Both the position numbers and the translations under genes were made by a program. This document shows, piece after piece, positions 1 through 15,139 of a DNA stretch of 64,000 nucleotides. Positions within the stretch are counted from its first letter, which is position 1. The number at the start of each line of letters is the position of its first letter. This stretch comes from the human T2T-CHM13v2.0 reference genome, Homo sapiens, in the NCBI RefSeq assembly GCF_009914755.1, contig NC_060927.1; one strand, 5' to 3'. The notes beneath the pieces are model-generated. The model saw nothing but the letters and a program-made list of their open reading frames with translations, had not been told where the DNA came from and did no database searches.

Positions 1-1
1 T

Positions 2-713
2 TGAAACTGCCTTTGCAAAGTTATGACTGAGACAGTGAAGGAGATCTAACTTAACCGACTCCATCTTACTTCTAACCTCCAAGCTGTCCTTGTTCCCTTC
101 TGGGCGTAGGCTGAACTAGCTTTGGGAGAAACTTAGTTTATAGTTCATAGTTTATAGTTTAAACAAAGATGATAACAGCCCTTTCCCAAAGCAGACCTCC
201 TTCTTGCCTGGGGACTAGATTGTGTTTGTAGGACTAACATTAGCCACAAGATTAGAAATTATGGTTTAGGAGTCATGCAGCTGGAAGCTACAAGATTCTA
301 ACCCTCCCTAAACTGCTTCTAAGATCAGTGCTTGAGATATTTTGCAGACCCTGCACTTGATGGATCAGCTGGCACCACCCAGATCAATAAACTGGCCCAT
401 CTGAACTTGTGGCCCCCAACCTAGGAGCTGACTCAGTGCAAGAAGACAGCTTCGACTCTCTGTGATTTCATCTCTGACCAGTCAGCACTCCTGGCTCACT
501 GGCTTCCCCCAACCCACCAAGTTATCCTTAAAAACTCTGTTCCCCAAATGGTCAGGGAGACTGATTTGAGTAATAATAAAATTCTGGTCTAAAACTCTGT
601 TCTCCCGCACAGCCAGCTCTGCGTGAATTACTCTTTCTCTGTTGCATTTTCCCTGTCTTGATGAGTTGGCTCTGTCTAATCAGTGGGCAACGTGAACCCC
701 TTGGGCGGTTATA
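2..713 (+). mobile_element. LTR8 solo LTR (ERV1)
   Basis: Starts TGAAACTGCCTTTGCAAAGTTATGACTGAGACAGTG and ends GAACCCCTTGGGCGGTTATA, matching the recalled LTR8 termini; AATAAA at ~575. The left TSD lies outside the window. Confidence 0.85.
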
Positions 714-1029
714 GTGTTCCCAAAACTCTTCATATCCCAGGCTTGAAGTGAAGCAGAAAGTGTTCCATCTTCTCCACCAAAAGATGTAGCGGGCACATGT
801 AAGTGGCAAACATTTCCTTTCAAAAATTCTCTAGCAAATCTTTTAAGTTTCTGATCACTTCTTATATCTTACCTGAACGAGAGTGCAAGAATCATAAAAG
901 CAGTTCTAGACCATTTGCATTACAAATGTTGCACATGGGAAGCTGTCTACTTCTTCAATATTAAACTATTGTATTGGCGTCTCAATTTTACCTTCCCTTT
1001 ATTGATCCAAAGGGCATACTCCATTTCCA

Positions 1030-2085
1030 GTGTTCTTCATTCTTTTGCATACATCCATATTTCAATTTGATATCATTTTCTTTTAAATAATTTTCTTTAA
1101 CATTAGTTGTAGTGCAAATCTGTTGGTGATGAATTCTTTCTACAATTTTATGTCCGAAATGGCAATTATTTCTCCTTCATTTTTGAAAAATAATTTGACC
1201 TTGAGTAGAATTCTAAGATGATAGATTTTTCTTTCAGTATTTTATATGTTCTGTTCCACTGTGTTTTGGATATGTTGCTTCAAATGGGAAATATACTATT
1301 ATTCTTTGTTCATCTGCACAAAATATAAGCTTTTAATTTTTTCTCTGTCACATTTCAAGCAATTTGCTTATAGTACTCTTGTTTCAAGTACTAGGGATTT
1401 GTTGACATTTTTGGATCAGTGGGTTTATAGCTTTCATAAAATAAGGAAAAATTTCGGCTATTATTTCTTCAAATACTTTTTTGTCTCTCACCTTTCTCTC
1501 TTGGACACTCCAATTACATATTTAGTAGACTGCCTGAAATTGCCTCACAGCTCACTGTTGTTCTTTTCGTTTTACTTTCTGTATTTCTTTTTTTCTATCT
1601 ATGTTTTATTTTGAATACTTTCTATTGCTTTGTTTTTAGGTTAACTAATCTTCTTATCTGTAGTGTCTAATCTGCTGCTAATACCGACCAATAAATTTTT
1701 TATTTCAAATATTGTAGTTTTTATTATTAGAAATTTGATTTGGCTGTATATCTCTACCTAACATGTTTATTCTTCCTTCTGTCTCTTAGAACATATGCAA
1801 TATAGTTATAATAGCTGTTTAATAACTAGATGAATGTCTACACACTTTGTTATTTGTGTAATTTCTGGGTGTGTTTCTATTAACTAATTTTTTTCTTCTG
1901 ATTACGGGTTATCAATCCATAACAAGCAATTATAGGGCTCACTTTATTTTTTTCTCTCTCTCAGGAATCACAGTTATGTACTACCTGGTGTCTAATATCT
2001 AAAAATTATTCTTTTAAATATTTAATCTTTATTTTTAGTTGTTTCAGTTGTGAAGGTAAATAAGGTTCCTTTTATTCTATTTTAG
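1030..2085 (-). mobile_element. Old L1M (L1MC/ME-like) 5'/ORF1 fragment
   Basis: T-rich antisense L1 ORF1-type motifs (ctgttggtgatgaattctttc, gtagaattctaagatgatag, ttggacactccaattacatat). Boundaries approximate. Confidence 0.6.
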
Positions 2086-2951
2086 CAAGAAGAAGTTCAC
2101 ATTATAAGTTCTAAATGTATAACAATTTAGTACATCAGCCAGGATAATCTCACATACAGAATTTTGTTTTAGTTTGACACTGTTGGCAAGGGGATTTTCT
2201 CTTCTCCAAATAGTGACCTTACATATTTTTATTTTTTTGAAAACATAAAATATGTATAGACACCTAAAATATAATGTAGATGACAAAGGTAGGATTTCAC
2301 CCTCAAAGTGTATAAAATTTAGAATTTCTTATTTCACCCTTTGGGCAAAATCCCACTCCAAATTATGGGTAGCTACTGGTGTTAAAGGTAAGTGCTTTCT
2401 TTAAATTGAAAAACTATGCAAATCTACTTTGAAGGTGCAACGGAATTGACTCCATTTGACCTCAATAATTTCAAAGTCCCCCTGACAAAAAATAGTTGGC
2501 TCCTGTGTTAAGAAATCTCTTTCTTAGTCTGGAATTTTCTGTGTCAGAATTAACTTTATCTCAAAAACTTTAGTTCCACAGAGGGGGGAAAAACAATCAA
2601 TCTTGTTTTTCGTTAAAACATTATACCAAAGTCTCCTATTTATTTTTCTTTTTCTGTTGCTTCCTTTCGTTATATTATAGTGCAATAATCCTTTTTAATT
2701 ATCTCTTTTGGACAGCCTACTTATTTTGATCATTATTGTTTTTATTCACTACCACATGAAAGTCTCTTAAATTTTAAACTCTTTGAGTGTGCATAGGGGA
2801 GGAGTTGGGGCTGGACAAACAGAAAATTGGCACAAAACTTTAGAAAGTAGAAACCTGGAAAAACTACTTTGAGCCTAAATCTCACTAGCGTTTGTCCACC
2901 GTGCTGCATCTCTGTGGCTAATTGATCATAAAGTCATTATAAACAAAAGCA

Positions 2952-3313
<362 letters not shown>

Positions 3314-5166
3314 CTAAACTCTCTAGTCTGGCCAGATGTTATTGCCCCGATGGTTTGACTTTATTTCACTTTTTTTCTTCTGGGTACTACATTTTGTTTA
3401 TAATCACTAAATTCAGTGGCTATTTTGCCTTAGACCTTAATTTTTTTCAGAAATCACTTTAAACAACCCAAATTAATTGTTTGTAGTTCAAATACTTTTA
3501 TTGTCTAAATTTAAGTATTTTCCTGCTTCTTTGCTTCATAACATAGCTCTCATCTGGTAATAATTAGATTATAGTGTCAACGGATATTTTTCTAAAGGAA
3601 AAACCTGTAGGTCTTTTGCTTTCTACTTCAATGATTGCCATATTCATACTCCTATGGTCATCTCTCTTCCTTAAAAGAGAATAAAAATAAAAAGTGCCTA
3701 TATTATTGTTGACCTACTGAAAGTGTATTAGAAATGTTCCCTTAAAATCAGCTATAGATTTTTTGCTGAGTTAGGAAAGTTTTATCCACTTCAAAAAGAT
3801 TCAAGCTCAGGCTTCAGTAGGAGTAATATTTTTGATCTATAATAGCATCTTGTGTGGCTCTTTTTCTGAAGTATCCTAATGTCAGAACAGATACTCAATC
3901 CATATCAATAAGAATCCGATTAAAGACTGGCAGTACCTGGAATTGTACTGGGCTACTAAAGGGTGAAAAATATAGCTTTCCTTAAGACTGTAATAAAAGC
4001 TATTGTCCCTAGTTTTTACCAGAAAGTGTAGTGATTGAGGCATTTATCCAATTTAGAGAATAACACATTTGCAGCAGGTCGATGTTATTGCTTATCTGGC
4101 CGAGGAAGGTGAATGCCATAGAAATAAGCTTTAATTACTATGAAGAATAAATAAATCCCCAACCAATATTTCTATAGTGGGGACAATTGTCAGAAACAGA
4201 ACAGTAAACAAAGCAGACAGAAGGATTCAATGGAACTGTTTCAAACAGTGAATGCTGTAGATAGCTAGATGTGAGAATAAGGAAGATTGGACTCCACCTT
4301 TTTTTTTCTGCTTAGAAAGCATGCAGAACCTTTTTTTTTTCCTGTGAAAAGTTTGCTAGAGAAACAGGCAAAGCAGCAGTGATGTAAAGGATGAGTCAAA
4401 GTTAGCCAAGTAAAGGTAGGAAGGGACTGGGTGTGGCAAAGCAAGTGAAGAGGGGCTAATTTCAGCAAAGACCAGAGTCTAGAGAGAGGGATAACATGGG
4501 GAGCCTGGCTAACTAAAGTTATAAAATATGAAATTGACATTTGATAGGTCTAAAACATTAAATATTGGCAGTTTTATACAGTTCAGCCTAATAGGTTATA
4601 ATTGTATAGCAGAAATAATGAGAGTAAGTGGCAAGAATTGAGACAAAAGAAATTAGAAAGCACCAAATACAGAGCCATGTAAACCATGTGGAATGGATGA
4701 ATAACATATATATCTTTCTGAACAACTTAAAGCCAGTGTCAAGTAGGAACACTCTAACAATGCAGAAAAACAGCATCCAATATTTTGCCACAGGGAATGC
4801 AATTTGTTAAATCTTATCAACATTTAACTCATCTTTGTGTTATTCCACTGTGTCCACTCTGCACAATATATGCATATGTTTCTATATTAGACATGAGGTG
4901 AGTGTGTCTGTCTGTATACATCTGCATCTGTATGTATTAGGAACGAAACAGAGAATGTAGCATGATGAGTATTTATTTTTATTTTATACATTTTCACAGT
5001 AAAGCAGAGATGGTAGGTGGTAATTTAGTCCTCTTGACCCGTAATCTATCTAGATTTCCCACATAGACCATGGGTCACCTTCCTATGGCAAGCCCTGCCA
5101 CTTATACGTTATACTAATGTCATTCTATTGGCATTACTCAGTAATATTGCTCCAACTATAAATGGA

Positions 5167-5190
5167 GTGTGTGCGTGTGTGTGTGTGTGT
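5167..5190. repeat. (TG)n microsatellite
   Basis: Direct reading. Confidence 0.9.
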
Positions 5191-6389
5191 ATTCACCTCA
5201 TTACAGGAATACTGAAATAAATGTTGTACTGTTAGATTTTCTTCTTCTAGTCCTCATTTCCTTTAGCCAGTGATAATTTCGAGAGAAGAAGCAAGGTTTA
5301 AAAGATGAGAAAAATTGTTCCTTCATTAATGAAGGGATCTCCAGATAGCGAAAATCAGTGCTACAATTCGAGGGCAGTCCTAGAGGCTACAATCCAAGAC
5401 TCTGAAATATCAACAAGAGAGTTGAAAGGTTATCAGTGAAACAATGTTCATAAACATTGTTAACTCTATGCATTTAAATTCAGCAAAAATACAGTTGGAA
5501 GCTCTCTCTCTTTGATTTGTGTTGTTTATTAGCATTTCTGGTTCTAATTGAGAAATAACTTCATCTTATTTATATTACTCTCATCAAAGTTGATTTTTGG
5601 CAATTATCTGAGTAGAGAAGAATTTAAAATGTATTATTTAAAAATTTTACGTAATGGTTATGCATCATTTCAGTATGTAGCTGCATCTTGTGACACCTGT
5701 CAACCCCATATGACAACCAGCATGAAAAACTAGAAGAAATAAAAATTGAAATCTAGAAGAAATAAATGCAGAAATCAATGACTTCTGGAGGCTGCAGTGA
5801 ACTGTGTAATCCTCCACCCTTGACCATTTCACGTTTTATGCAGAAGGAAAACACTTGGGGAATACATTGAGGAGTGTATACTCAAAGTTAATTGTAAGCA
5901 ATGAAATAAAAGATATAAGCATGTGAGAAATAACATCACCTATTATTTTCCAGGGACTTTGGGAGTTGTGTATACCAGCATCCCAAAAGGGGAAACCCCT
6001 CTCCACCTTTGTTTTTCCTAGGGATTTTGTAGGTTTATGTAGCTCATTAATGTGTCTGTTTCTAGTAAATCCACTATAACAAAATATCAGAGAAGAAGGA
6101 TTATATAGCCCAGGCTGGCACTGGATAAAACTGAAAATAAGAGAAGCCTACATTTTGCCTCCCTCTTTTCTTTATGCTAGGCTCTTGATCTCTTCTCCTG
6201 CTACAATGCCATTCTGGGGTTTTATTCTAGCATAGAGGAGACAAGGGAGTCTTCCTGAAGCACTGAGTGAAAATGAAGGAATCATCTCCCTGAAAGAAAC
6301 ATGAGGTGCAATCCCCTCAAGGGTGTTTGTTTTAGTATAATAGATTGCTAAAGATAGAAAAGTCTTCATAACTGCAAAGACCAAAGCAG

Positions 6390-6610
6390 AGTGGTATAGT
6401 TTGGAGTTCAGATTTAACTGGATTTCATTTTTAGCCTTATCGTTTTCAAATTGTGTGTTATTTGTTAAATTTCTGTGTCCCCTTTGAACCTCAACTTCCT
6501 CATCTGCAAAAATGGGATGATCTTTCTTTCAGGGTTAATATGAGGATTAAATGAGATCAGTTGTAAAAATTTCCGGTATGGTGCCCAACACAGTGGGAAC
6601 TCAGAAACGT
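6390..6610 (+). mobile_element. MIR SINE
   Basis: MIR core cctcaacttcctcatctgcaaaaatggg...tgaggattaaatgaga. Confidence 0.75.
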
Positions 6611-8355
6611 GACTTTGCATACCTTCATTAAAAGGTGAGGTAACATGTGGCAGAATTAATTATTAAACATAGAACAGAACCCCACCTTGTATCCATTTAA
6701 CTTTGACAATGTGATCCAGTGATTTCCAAATACGAGCCCTTTTTTTTTTTCAGCACAGTACCTAGAAAACAGCAGACTTTTCAAAAGTGCTTAAAGACCG
6801 AATGACTGAGTCTGAGTGACTGGCCTTGACATCCTTGGAGCACGACTCAGGATTAGACAGGTGCAGCTGATAATTGTGTGTGACCATTTCTCAGGTCTCA
6901 CCATCCACAGGACAGACACATTACCTTATATTTCCATGCAGACAACCTGTAAAAAGCCAGTCAACCTTTTTCTTGTGCAAATATTATCCCACAGTTAGAT
7001 TTCTAAAAACAATTGCCTGGAAGTCAATTTTAAAAGTAAATACTCAACTTTACTCTTGAGTAAATAAAGAAGCAACTTCAGGGTTTGGAGAAATACTCCA
7101 ATAATATTTCAAGATAAAACTGTTAAGGTAAGAACTCTGAAATGAGTTTTATGAGATTTATGCAACAATTTGGTGTTTATCATAAACTGCCAGGATGCTG
7201 ATCTTTATTTTTAAAATTTTTTCACCCTCATTTTTTTCTGTAATAGCATTCTAGGTACTAATTTACCATCCTCACATTTCCCTAACTCCCACTGGTTTTC
7301 TGAAAATTGAGGAAAATTGATGGCTATATTTTTTGACATGTAGGACTATACTCAGATTTTCATTTACAGCTCTGGCTCATGGCTGTATTTCTGAATCACA
7401 TTTCCTTAAGTAGGCACTCTCTTTTGTGACCTCTCCTTCACTTCATATTCAGGAGCAATCAAGACTGACACCTTAATAATAATAAGAAACAGCCAGTGGA
7501 ATGTGTGGAAGAGATATAAAGAAAGGTAAAAACTCTCTTGGGCACTATTATTTCACTCAAATATAATTTAGCTAGTTTTGGTAGATTGTTGAAGCAACTG
7601 TTGATCTTAAAAAATGATTATTGATGAAGTATTAGTAAATTAGCCAGAAATATGTAGAGTTGTGCTAATGGTAATGCTATCAAAAACTTATAGTCAAGTG
7701 CTTCCTGATATTGAACTCTTCCACTCTAAATTTTGATATTTACAAATGTGGTAAATGTTATTCCCTTGCTTGTGCCAAGAACCTACAAATACTCTAGTAT
7801 ACTCTTAACATGAGAAGAAATAGGACAATTACTTCCTTTCTTACCAATTCACCTTTTATGTGATAAAGAAAAAAATAATGATAGATTGCAATGAACATCT
7901 TAGAACCTATTAAAATGAAGTACAAATGAGGATAAAAATATGCACAATATCTAACTCTTGAGAATTGGATAGTTAGGGTTAAGAAAAGGATGATGAAAAA
8001 CTGACTTTAAGACATTATTTAAAACTCTTTCTGTCTCATACTGACTGGAATGATTGATGATGCTACCACCATTGACAATGAGAGTTTGAGAAGAGGTGAG
8101 TCACTTTTAATGGTGTAGGTTCAGACTCAGATCATCTACAAATGAACTTGTGTTGCTATTTCCTTATTTTATACATTAAAAAAATCAATTCCAGGAATAT
8201 AAATTATTTGTACCATTGAATTTCAACTTACTTTCTGGTAGCAGAGACATGATAAATGCTGCATTACATAGTTGTATTGATGGTCTGAAATCCTTAAACG
8301 ATAGAGGAGAGCACATACCAGCAGTTTCCGGCAAGTCTTTAAAAACAGACTTCTA

Positions 8356-8579
<224 letters not shown>

Positions 8580-9809
8580 CTAGAAAACAACCTGAGATGC
8601 TTCTTCAAAATGGTTGTTACTTCAGTGAAAACAAACAGCTACCTTATGAAGCCAGTGACTTATGATAATGACATAACTTTGTTGCCATCATCAATAACAA
8701 CAACAGAAACATGAATATATTCTTTTGACAATTTCCGTCTTGCTCTCTTATGCATTTCAGCCTCATACCAACCCTAAGGGAATGGGAAATATGTATTGTT
8801 TTGCTTAATCTTCATCCCACTTTCCCACTGTCATCAATTCAGGAGACCAGACTAGTTTGAGAAAATACACAGGAGAGCAAACACAAGTCTGTGTTGCCAT
8901 TTCCTGCATGAGCAGACAGAGCTACAAAAATCTAGGCTATGTGCATTCCTTAAGAAGCTGAAAAGCTCTTGGATAGGAGCGACTATATTGCATTCTGCTT
9001 TGGGTGTCCACTAACTGGCGAAATTCCTACGATATTAAATTGTTTGCTAAACAAACGAATGAGTAAAAATCATTTATAAACTACATTACACAAACAATTT
9101 AAGAGTAGCCTTTCCTTTCTTGCCTTGGTTCTTTGGACCCTCACAAATCAGCATCTTCATCTTACTTTGTTGGAACACTGGAACACTGCCATCTCTTCAT
9201 CCTCTAAGGCCTAGGATCTTGCAAAAGTTAGAGTAGGAGGTCTACATACCCTTGACATGTTAATGAAAAATAAATTCTGGGACCTCTGCTTAATATAAAG
9301 AATTTTATCTAAGGATATTAGAATTTTATCTTTAATATTCACAAGTGCAGTTGATCCTCATTATTCATGGATTCTATATTTGCAAACTTGCCTATTTGCT
9401 AAAATTTATTTGCAACCCCCACATCAATACCCTAGGCAAGCTTTTAAGATCATTCTCAAACATGCACGGAGAAGTGAAAATTTGATTCTCCCAATACACA
9501 TATTCACAGTTGAGATAGAACAAGGTTATGCACTGCCTTTTTGTTTCAGCAAGTATCTTTTTCATGATCTGTTTAGTGCTGCTTTTTTTGCATATTTGTG
9601 CTTTTTGTTGATAATTCCACTGTCTAAAATGGTCCCTTAGCATAATGCCAAAGTGCCGTCTGGTGTTCCTACATACAAAAAGGCTGTGCTGTGCCTTACT
9701 GAGAAAAAACCATGGGTTAAGTAAGCTTTGTTTAGGCACGAGTTAAGAGTGCTCTTGGCCCTAAGTTTAATATGAATCACAAACGTATATTAAATAAAGT
9801 GTCTTTAAC

Positions 9810-10471
9810 CTGGAGAGGATGCGGAGAAATAGGAACACTTTTACACTGTTGGTGGGACTGTAAACTAGTTCAACCATTGTGGAAGTCAGTGTGGCGATTC
9901 CTCAGGGATCTAGAACTAGAAATACCATTTGACCCAGCCATCCCATTACTGGGTATATACCCAAAGGACTATAAATCATGCTGCTATAAAGACACATGCA
10001 CACGTATGTTTATTGCGGCACTATTCACAATAGCAAAGACTTGGAACCAACCCAAATGTCCAACAATGATAGACTGGATTAAGAAAATGTGGCACATATA
10101 CACTATGGAATACTATGCAGCCATAAAAAACGATGAGTTCATATCCTTTGTAGGGACATGGATGAAATTGGAAACCATCATTCTCAGTAAACTATCGCAA
10201 GAACAAAAAACCAAACACCGCATATTCTCACTCATAGGTGGGAATTGAACAATGAGATCACATGGACACAGGAAGGGGAATATCACACTCTGGGGACTGT
10301 GGTGGGGTCGGGGGAGGGGGGAGGGATAGCATTGGGAGATATACCTAATGCTAGATGACACATTAGTGGGTGCAGCGTACCAGCATGGCACATGTATACA
10401 TATGTAACTAACCTGCACAATGTGCACATGTACCCTAAAACTTAGAGTATAAAAACAAAAAAAACAAAAAA
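9810..10471 (+). mobile_element. L1Hs-Ta, 5'-truncated (~660 bp: ORF2 C-terminus and 3'UTR)
   Basis: ORF2p C-terminus ([17 protein letters not shown]...IFSLIGGN); Ta diagnostics ACA at 10360-10362 and G at 10445; A-rich tail. Confidence 0.93.
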
Positions 10472-10523
10472 AACAGAAACACATATGAAAACGAGTATAT
10501 ATTTATTGCATAAAAATGTTGCA

Positions 10524-10799
10524 GCCAGGCATGTTGTTGGCTCACATCTGTAATCCCAGCACTTTGGGAGGTCGAGGTGGGTGGATCACTTGAGTCCAGG
10601 AGTTTGAGACCAGCCTGGGCAACATGGAAAAAACCTGTCTCTACAAACAAACAAACAAAATAGCTGAGCATGGTGGTACACACCCCTAGTCCCAGCTACT
10701 CCGGTGGCTGGGGTGGGAGGATTGTTAGAGCCTGGGAGGTCAAGGCTGCAGTGAGCCATAATCATACCACTGTACTCAAAAAAAAAAAAAAAAAAAAAA
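10524..10799 (+). mobile_element. AluJ lacking its last ~30 nt before poly(A)
   Basis: J-type ggatcacttgagtccagg and gtcaaggctgcagtgagccat; TSD ataaaaatgttg at 10510-10521 and 10801-10812. Confidence 0.88.
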
Positions 10800-11080
10800 G
10801 ATAAAAATGTTGTCACCTGTGGTTCAGAGGAACCTAACTCTATATTTCCCCTTAAGGGCAGTGGTTCAGTATTTTCTAATTCAGTGTTTTTAGTGGCTTT
10901 ATAGAACATACCTATCATGAATGATGAGAATTGATTGTAGATGTTATCATTACAATCTCAATTTTATACAATTGGAAATGGAGTCCAATCAGGTAATTAG
11001 TGGCTGACAAGAGATTATGCCACCAGAAATTGTAACTAAGACATCCAAAATATTGCCATTTTAACTACCACAGATTCCTT

Positions 11081-11150
11081 TGTGTGTGAGTGGTGTGTGT
11101 GTGTGTGTGAGTGGTGTGTGTGTGTTGTATGCATACACGTGTATGTGTAT
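11081..11150. repeat. Compound (TG)n repeat
   Basis: Direct reading; includes a duplicated tgtgtgtgagtggtgtg unit. Confidence 0.85.
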
Positions 11151-12129
11151 AGTGATATTCAGGGGCATAGCAGTGTTAAAAATAATTTTTTAAAGGTGAA
11201 GAATAAAAGATATCAAATCTTATAAAAATAAAGAATGGATACCTCTTAATAGGTTAATATTATTTAAATAAAGCAGAGTCAATATTTGTTGTGAACTTTT
11301 ATACTGTTTGGTAAATGAATGTTTGTTAATCACTGTTTGGCACTCAGATGTTTTTTAGAAGCCAGATATCCCTTAGGCGCGTAGTCAGGGAGTTAGACCC
11401 TGGAAATACCATCACTGTGGCATTTTCTATAGTTTTTTCTCATGAGATTCCTTTGGAAATAAGACACATGCTACAGATGCGTCCAAATATTTTTGTTTAA
11501 ATCTAGTATTCTTTTAGTGAAGCTCATCTCAATAGACTAATTTTCTTTCACACATAGGATGATGGATAAACATATCTGCCTGTGGTGGAGGAAGTTTCTT
11601 GAGATGAGTGTTTCAAGGTCAGAAGGCTTTAAGAAGACATATTTTTCTGCCAGCTTGCTGGGTAGGGTCAAGACTTTTCTTGGTGCTATAAAAACTTAGA
11701 AGGCAATTAAGCTGTGAACTGTTTGACTTCATTTGGTTGTTTGTAAGCACTGGGTCTGCCTTGTTAGAGAATACTCCACGTGGCAGATGGTATGTTAAGG
11801 CTTCCTAGTGGCAGCAACTTGAACCCCCACCCCCTGCTTTTTTTAAAAAAAATTTCATTGCATTTATTTTTATTTTAATAAAGCAATGCTCCTTAAAAAA
11901 CAGAGGAAGTTGTACAAGCAAATAAAGTGTGCATTTTAATTCAATAACCATTTATTGAGAATCTGCTGTATGGCAAGCCCTATACTATTTGAAACATACC
12001 CTAATATTACAAATACTGTAATTTACTGGATTGAGAGGTTTGTAATATCCCTAGAATGCTAGCATATGAAGAAAATGGTCTCTTATAGAGCATTAGTACG
12101 AACTGGAGTGGCTTTGGCAGAAATGGGCT

Positions 12130-12360
12130 GATTGTATAACTAGTCCAAAGCTGGCTTTGTGACCAATGACAAAGTATGTTATCCTAGACAAGTTTCTTAA
12201 TATCTCTGACTCTCAGTTTCCTTACTTATAAAATGAACTAATGTTGCCTCTTTCAAAGAATTATCGTGAGGACTAAATTAAGAGAGACATATAAAGGCTT
12301 AGCACAGGGTCTGCCACATTACATTTGCTCAGTAAAGGTTTGTTACCACTGTGTTATTAT
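12130..12360 (+). mobile_element. MIR SINE
   Basis: ctctcagtttccttacttataaaatg...gtgaggactaaat...ggcttagcacag. Confidence 0.7.
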
Positions 12361-13344
12361 CAGGAGAATAAATATGAACAGTAGAGAGGAACAGCAGCTC
12401 AGCCCAGCTTCTGTCTTTATCAGTGAGAATATTTGGCATATATTGGAGCTTAGGAGTATGAGGAGAAAAAGCCTGGCGTAAAGATATCACAATGAACAAC
12501 GTTATTTTATTTATTAAATTTAAACCTGGTGCCACTCTTGATTGACTTGCCTCAGGGCATGGCTGGAAGATAAAATATTTTATTAAAACACAGGAAGCGG
12601 AGTGGCAGTAGCAATTGCAAATTGTTACATTAACAGCTCTGAGGTGACATTTCAAATGCCCTCTGGTACTATGCTTTGCATATTTGTCAGTTGGAGTTTT
12701 GTTGAATCCTGATGGGTTGGTCATTCCTTGAGCTAGGGCCGCCCAGAGGACAATTTCTGACTCCCAGGTTCTGTAGGCAGAAAACTCAATTATCTGCTGT
12801 AGTCTCAATCATGCATAGATATCAAGACTCTCATAGGTACACTTGAAGCAGGTGCTGGAAATAAGTAAGAAAAGCAAGTGAGCTTTCCTATATTCATTTC
12901 CACTGCTTATGGAATGATTGGAAATTTGAAGGTTATTTTGCTGAAACGGTGTAAGTGATGCCATGTAAAACTCTCTTTGGAAAATAATCCTGGTCATGAC
13001 ATTATCATTAAAGAGGTAAAAAATTAAGAACTCAAAATGTAAGCTCAGATAAGCTGAGTCCCATGACCCATTTTTCTGGGTGATTTTCACAGTGTATTTC
13101 AAAAATGTGTAGAGATTTTTCATATAAAAGACACCTTTTAGCTTGTTCAATCACACCAAAGTTCTCTTTCTCTCTCTTTTTACATGATTTTCCTCCAACA
13201 CTTCTCCTCCATTTATTACCCTTATCTCCTTCATTTCTATGATTTCTTTCCAATTATTTTGTCTTGCCCAAAGGGTAGCTTTACAAAATAAATTAAATGA
13301 AGAAATGTATACATGCTTCAAAAATTGCCATTCATTGATGAAAG

Positions 13345-14133
<789 letters not shown>

Positions 14134-14599
14134 TAAGTACAGAATTCTCTAAATATCCTATCTAGAGTTTCAGCCTTTTTGTGTATATTATTATTACAAC
14201 ATAATTGTGAGATCCATAAGATAAGAAATATGTATTACATGATTCTGCAAAGCATGCTATCATACTGGGCAGAATCTTACACTGCATAAACTTCAGCTTT
14301 TGGGAGAACTTGATAAAGTAAAACCTTAAAGGCTAAGTATAAATTACATTAGAAACTTATAAATAAGTTATACATATGAGGAAGAGGGAGAGATGGGAGT
14401 ATAATCCAATGATCTAACTCTTAGAGAACTTAGTTTTCTTCTGTGACATTTATAATGTTGAAGTATCTTTATCAGCACCTAAAATGTTGGTATCACTTTA
14501 AAACTTAGTGCCATTCACACAACTCACAAGAAGCATATGCACAATGTTGTAACATTACACCAAGGGGTTGGAATTGCAGTAAAGATGACTATTTCTACC

Positions 14600-14740
14600 T
14601 GTAAATTGACTTGCTACAGGACCCCAGGCAAGGCCCTCAATCTCCCTGTCTCAGTTTACCCTGTCTGTAAGGACAGGATGATAATTCTTGCACAAAGTTT
14701 TTCTTCAGAGGGCTATTGAAGGATTATTAAAAGACCACAT
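14600..14740 (+). mobile_element. MIR fragment
   Basis: ctcaatctccctgtctcagtttaccctgtctgtaa core. Confidence 0.55.
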
Positions 14741-15139
14741 TGAGTGTATTGGAGAAAAAATTACTTATTTTTCAAGAATGAAGAAAAGGAGACATATTCC
14801 AAGCCTGCTTGGTGCCTTACATGGCCTTTAACAGCTTCTCAGAAAAGAGCACTCCAGGAATGGGATCAGTTACACTGATCACCATTTTCTCTACAGTGCA
14901 AAAAAAGAGGATACTATGCCCTGTTTCTAATGCTGCACTGAAAGGATCAGGTAAGAGAGAGTTGCCATCTTAGTCTTTTCTACTCATATGTGGGAAATAG
15001 AATATGATAATGAGGTGGCATGCAGAAAAAGAAGAGATTACCTAGTGATTTCATATGAAACCATCCATCCCCTTCACAATTGTTAAGTACCTAATTGAAC
15101 AAAGTTCTGTAACAGGTATTTTACCAGAATAACTGTGTA

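Larger units (their letters stand above)
9348..10937. mobile_element. MER82-like TcMar-Tigger element interrupted by L1Hs and AluJ
   Basis: TIRs cagttgatcctcattattcatg and catgaatgatgagaattgattg; homologous in inverted orientation to 32058-33010. Confidence 0.75.

Noticed and set aside
11796-11814. CTCF-like taaggcttcctagtggcag
   Set aside because: Mismatches at core positions; expected by chance in 64 kb.
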